DNA of 64,000 nucleotides, from contig OU015569.1 of the NCBI GenBank assembly GCA_907165135.1, forward strand, positions 248,001-312,000. The letters are read 5' to 3'. This stretch comes from Oikopleura dioica (lineage: Eukaryota; Animalia; Chordata). The notes under the pieces are model-generated. The model had not been told where the DNA came from. It was given only the letters and a program-made list of their open reading frames with translations, and ran no database searches. Below, in pieces: positions 61,153 to 64,000 of the stretch (position 1 is the first letter of the stretch; each line of letters starts with the position of its first letter). Made by a program: the position numbers and the translations under genes.

Positions 61153-63779
61153 TCATCTCCACAAGTCTTCTCGTATCGTCTTGTTCTTCATCAATTCCCA
61201 GTACTTTGCGTCACCGAGAATTTCAACAAGTGAATTTCTAATGCCGATTCCCATTCCAGCGGCATCGCCGCAAATGTATATTAGACCGTTTTTCTCTAAT
61301 AGTTCTTTCACATAATCCTTCTCGTCTTTTTGAGGTTCACAAATCAACATTGTTAGCAAAATCAGGAATCTAATTTTCCTTCATTTTTTTTAACTTTCAT
61401 TTATGAACCACATTCCTAAAAGAATATCCTGCACATATTTTTTATTTCCTTCCCTCGACATCGCTATCCATAGATTCTTGAGCGTCCCTTCTTCTAGTCG
61501 TTTCTGCATCGAATCTTTGTAGATGTGCGAATGTTCATTTCTGCATCCGAAAATCAGGCTCGCTTCTTTTCCGTCAATGCTTGCGATTTTTTCCAAAAAG
61601 CCGATGAAGGGTGCAATTCCGCTTCCAGCCGCGATCATCAGAATCGGCACATTTGGCGTTTCGTCTAAACGGAACATGTTTGGGGGCGGATCTCGGCATT
61701 CCAAAATCACTTTATTTCTACAGGGACCAAAAGGGAGATCACCAGCCTCATGTTCCTTCAAATTGTCGATGATCCGCGCCAATTGGTTCGTCATCAAGCC
61801 TGGTTTTGGAAGCGACACTTCTGTGAAAGCGATTCTTATCACTCTTGAATCGACAGCTTGAGAGTAGTCGATCCAGTTGGCGATCGAGTACCACCTCCGC
61901 TGCAGTCTTTTGAGATAGGCGAGAATCGACAGTTTTGGGCTCAACTGGGGAAAGGCCACTAGCAAGTCGACGAATGTAACTTGATTGTCGAGCAATGCGC
62001 GGTAAATCTCCTTCCCTTCACGACTCACAAACTCTCCAAGGCGTCTTTTCACGTCGCTAGAAGTACAGCTATTCATTAAATGGCCGAGCATGGTCTTCGA
62101 AACGGGCGTGCGGAGTTCCACGTGATACTCTAGCAGATTTTTGAGACTGGCGCGCTCGGGAAACCAGCTTGGTCTCTTTCCCCCTTTTGCGAAGACAGCA
62201 ACGTCCGTCCCTCCAAATGCCTTCATCGCCAGCTCCACTTCTTTTGGATCATTTGGCGTGAATAGTGCCACGCAATCGCCGCAATGCAACTCTCGCCCGT
62301 TATCACTTCCACAGCGGGTGCTCTCTGGCAAAGAAAGGCTGATTTCCCAGGCTTGTTTTTCCGCTTGAACCGAGGTTAGCCGCTTGCCATTGAGTACCGT
62401 GCATTCGTAAATTGGCGACGAAACTGGCTCAAAAGCTGCACCATTTTGAATCTCGGAAAAATTTCTAGGAGGAGAATAGGTTTCCTGAGAATCGTCGGTA
62501 GCTATTTCAAACGCTGGTTCTGGCATTTTCGGTATTTTCAAGGCGGTTGAAGCGGCGACATGATCGCTTCTACGAATCAGCTCAATAACTGCGTCGTACT
62601 GAGATGCTTGCTTGGCTTTTTGACTGGTGCTCGAGAGGGGATGGAAAACTGGCTCGACACTTTGAGTGAGCTCATTGTTAACCCATTTTCTGACGAGACC
62701 TTCGATGCCTTCGATGAATTTGTCTGTGGCATCCGCAAAAGCATCGTTGTTCGAATCGTCAGCTTCGACAATCTGATCGACAAGTCTCATGCCAGCGCGG
62801 AGCATCGCTTTGAGAAGCCCGTGCGGTCCGTCCATAAACGTCGTGTAGTTCGAATCGCCAAGGCAGAGCATGCAGAAGTCAGTTTGATGCAGCTTCTCTA
62901 CTTTTTCGATTTTCGAAAGAAACTGGGCACCATTCGGAGGGAGCTCTCCTTGCCCAGTCGAGGACGCAATGACGACCAGAAGAGTCGGTATCGTTTCGCT
63001 GATCACGCTTTCTGTTAGAGAATGTTAGTAAGATGAATTACCATAAGAATTTTTTGTCCGAAAAAAAAATTTTTCAGATAAGAACATATTCTGAAAGCCC
63101 AAGTAAAAATTAGTCGATTCCCAAATTTCTAGGGCTCAATGACGACATTATGACGTCATTTATAATGAATAAATGTCCGAAAAGGCTCCAAATTAATGAA
63201 ACTTTGGAACGCTTTTTGAGGCGGTTTTCGCTGGAAATAGATTTTTCTATTGATGGCATGTTGTTCGCCATCAAAAACTACGTAGGGACCCGAGGCTTAT
63301 TTTTCGAACCGACCGGTTTCAAAAATTGAACCGGTCGGTAATGGTTGATATTCAATGGTTTGATCCCGGGTTCCTACGTAGTTTTTCATGGAAAATCCGA
63401 ATCCGTCGAGAAAAATAAAATTAAAAAGCGTTTTCGGCTCGAAAAAGCGTTCCAAAGACAAAATTTTCAAATCAGCCCGATGACGTCATAATGACGTCAT
63501 CTGACCCTAGAATTTGGTCATTCTGTATAAATTTTTACGGGCTATCGGAATATACCAATATCTCAAAAAAAATTTTTTTGCCCGAAAAATTCTTATGGTA
63601 ATTCATCGTAAAGTCATTTTAGAGAAAAAAGAGTTACCCGCGAGATTATTGAGTTCATCCGGCAAAACAAGGTCCACAGAATCATCAACGGCTTCCGAGG
63701 CCAACGCGTAGACTTCCTCCGCCATGGCTGCTCCTGTGCCTCCCTTGGAAGCGAAGCCGAAGAGTATTCTTTTCTCCAT
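61153..63779 (-). CDS. MTRR: Methionine synthase reductase (diflavin oxidoreductase)
   Basis: Flavodoxin-like CLGDSNYTTF, VDLLVAFP, RLQRRWYSIA, MIAAGSGIAPFIGFL, LIFGCR, KYVQD, IYICGDA, C-terminal DLWR. GA-AG intron at 61326-61415. Confidence 0.88.
63121..63517. mobile_element. hAT-like MITE in MTRR intron 1, carrying TGACGTCA motifs in its arms
   Basis: CCAAATTTCTAGGGCTCAATGACGACATTATGACGTCAT...ATGACGTCATAATGACGTCATCTGACCCTAGAATTTGG, with further internal inverted repeats. Confidence 0.7.
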
Positions 63780-63911
63780 TCTTAGGGGAAGCATAAGGAA
63801 GTGAAATAAGTTTTTGGATAAATTGTATTTGATTGAATGAAGAAATTGCAGTAGATTGCTATCAGAATAAGAAGACGCGTAAGAAAAATAAAAAAAGGAC
63901 GGAAGAACTTT

Positions 63912-64000
63912 TCAGCATGCGGCTGGAGTGGTCAGATCGAAGCGATAAAGGCAGGTAGAGGGTTCACTGACGTAGGAGATTTCATCCGCCACGCCGCAGA
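63912..64000 (-). CDS. 3-prime end of an MRH (mannose-6-phosphate receptor homology) domain gene, PRKCSH/GNPTG-like, partial
   Basis: CGVADEISYVSEPSTCLYRFDLTTPAAC* matches the MRH C-terminal C...SEPS-C-Y...TP--C pattern. Confidence 0.75.
   Translation of the reverse strand, partial: CGVADEISYVSEPSTCLYRFDLTTPAAC

Noticed and set aside
12715-64000. Apparent clustering of secretory or calcium genes (COPB2, ORAI, ALG9, calumenin, Flower, MRH gene)
   Set aside because: They are interspersed with unrelated genes on both strands and these are common functional classes. There is no sequence evidence of co-regulation.
1-64000. Autonomous transposase, reverse transcriptase, viral or prokaryotic defence genes
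   Set aside because: I found no DDE, RT, integrase, capsid or cas motifs in any ORF. All mobile elements here are non-autonomous.

Overview
Gene-dense eukaryotic genomic DNA. It has many 35-60 nt introns, some GC/GA/GG-AG introns, head-to-tail gene runs with AG acceptors just before the ATG, and about 30 hand-counted copies of one palindromic MITE. These traits fit an appendicularian tunicate such as Oikopleura (inference, not verified). Plus-strand genes: COPB2, ORAI, ALG9, ANKRD26-like, DPY30 and LIMK. LIMK hosts an antisense two-saposin gene and a tRNA-Ala(AGC) in its introns. Minus-strand genes: an uncharacterised gene at the left edge, prominin, and a right-hand run of an MRH-domain gene (partial), MTRR, a SANTA-domain M18BP1/KNL2-like gene, calumenin/reticulocalbin, RMDN-like, Flower, a Gln/Pro-repeat PxDLS protein, a putative OB-fold protein and rolling-stone-like. 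The strongest signal is in the OB-fold gene. Two different MITEs with exact 8-bp target-site duplications sit inside coding sequence, and removing element plus one TSD restores the frame as GA-AG or GG-AG introns with both splice sites supplied by the TSD, which looks like intron birth caught in the act. Second, the MITE core repeatedly sits at the apex of larger palindromes whose arms differ from locus to locus, in one case including an inverted duplicate of a neighbouring MITE. All exon models were assembled by hand from splice signals and remembered homologue sequences; no database search was run.
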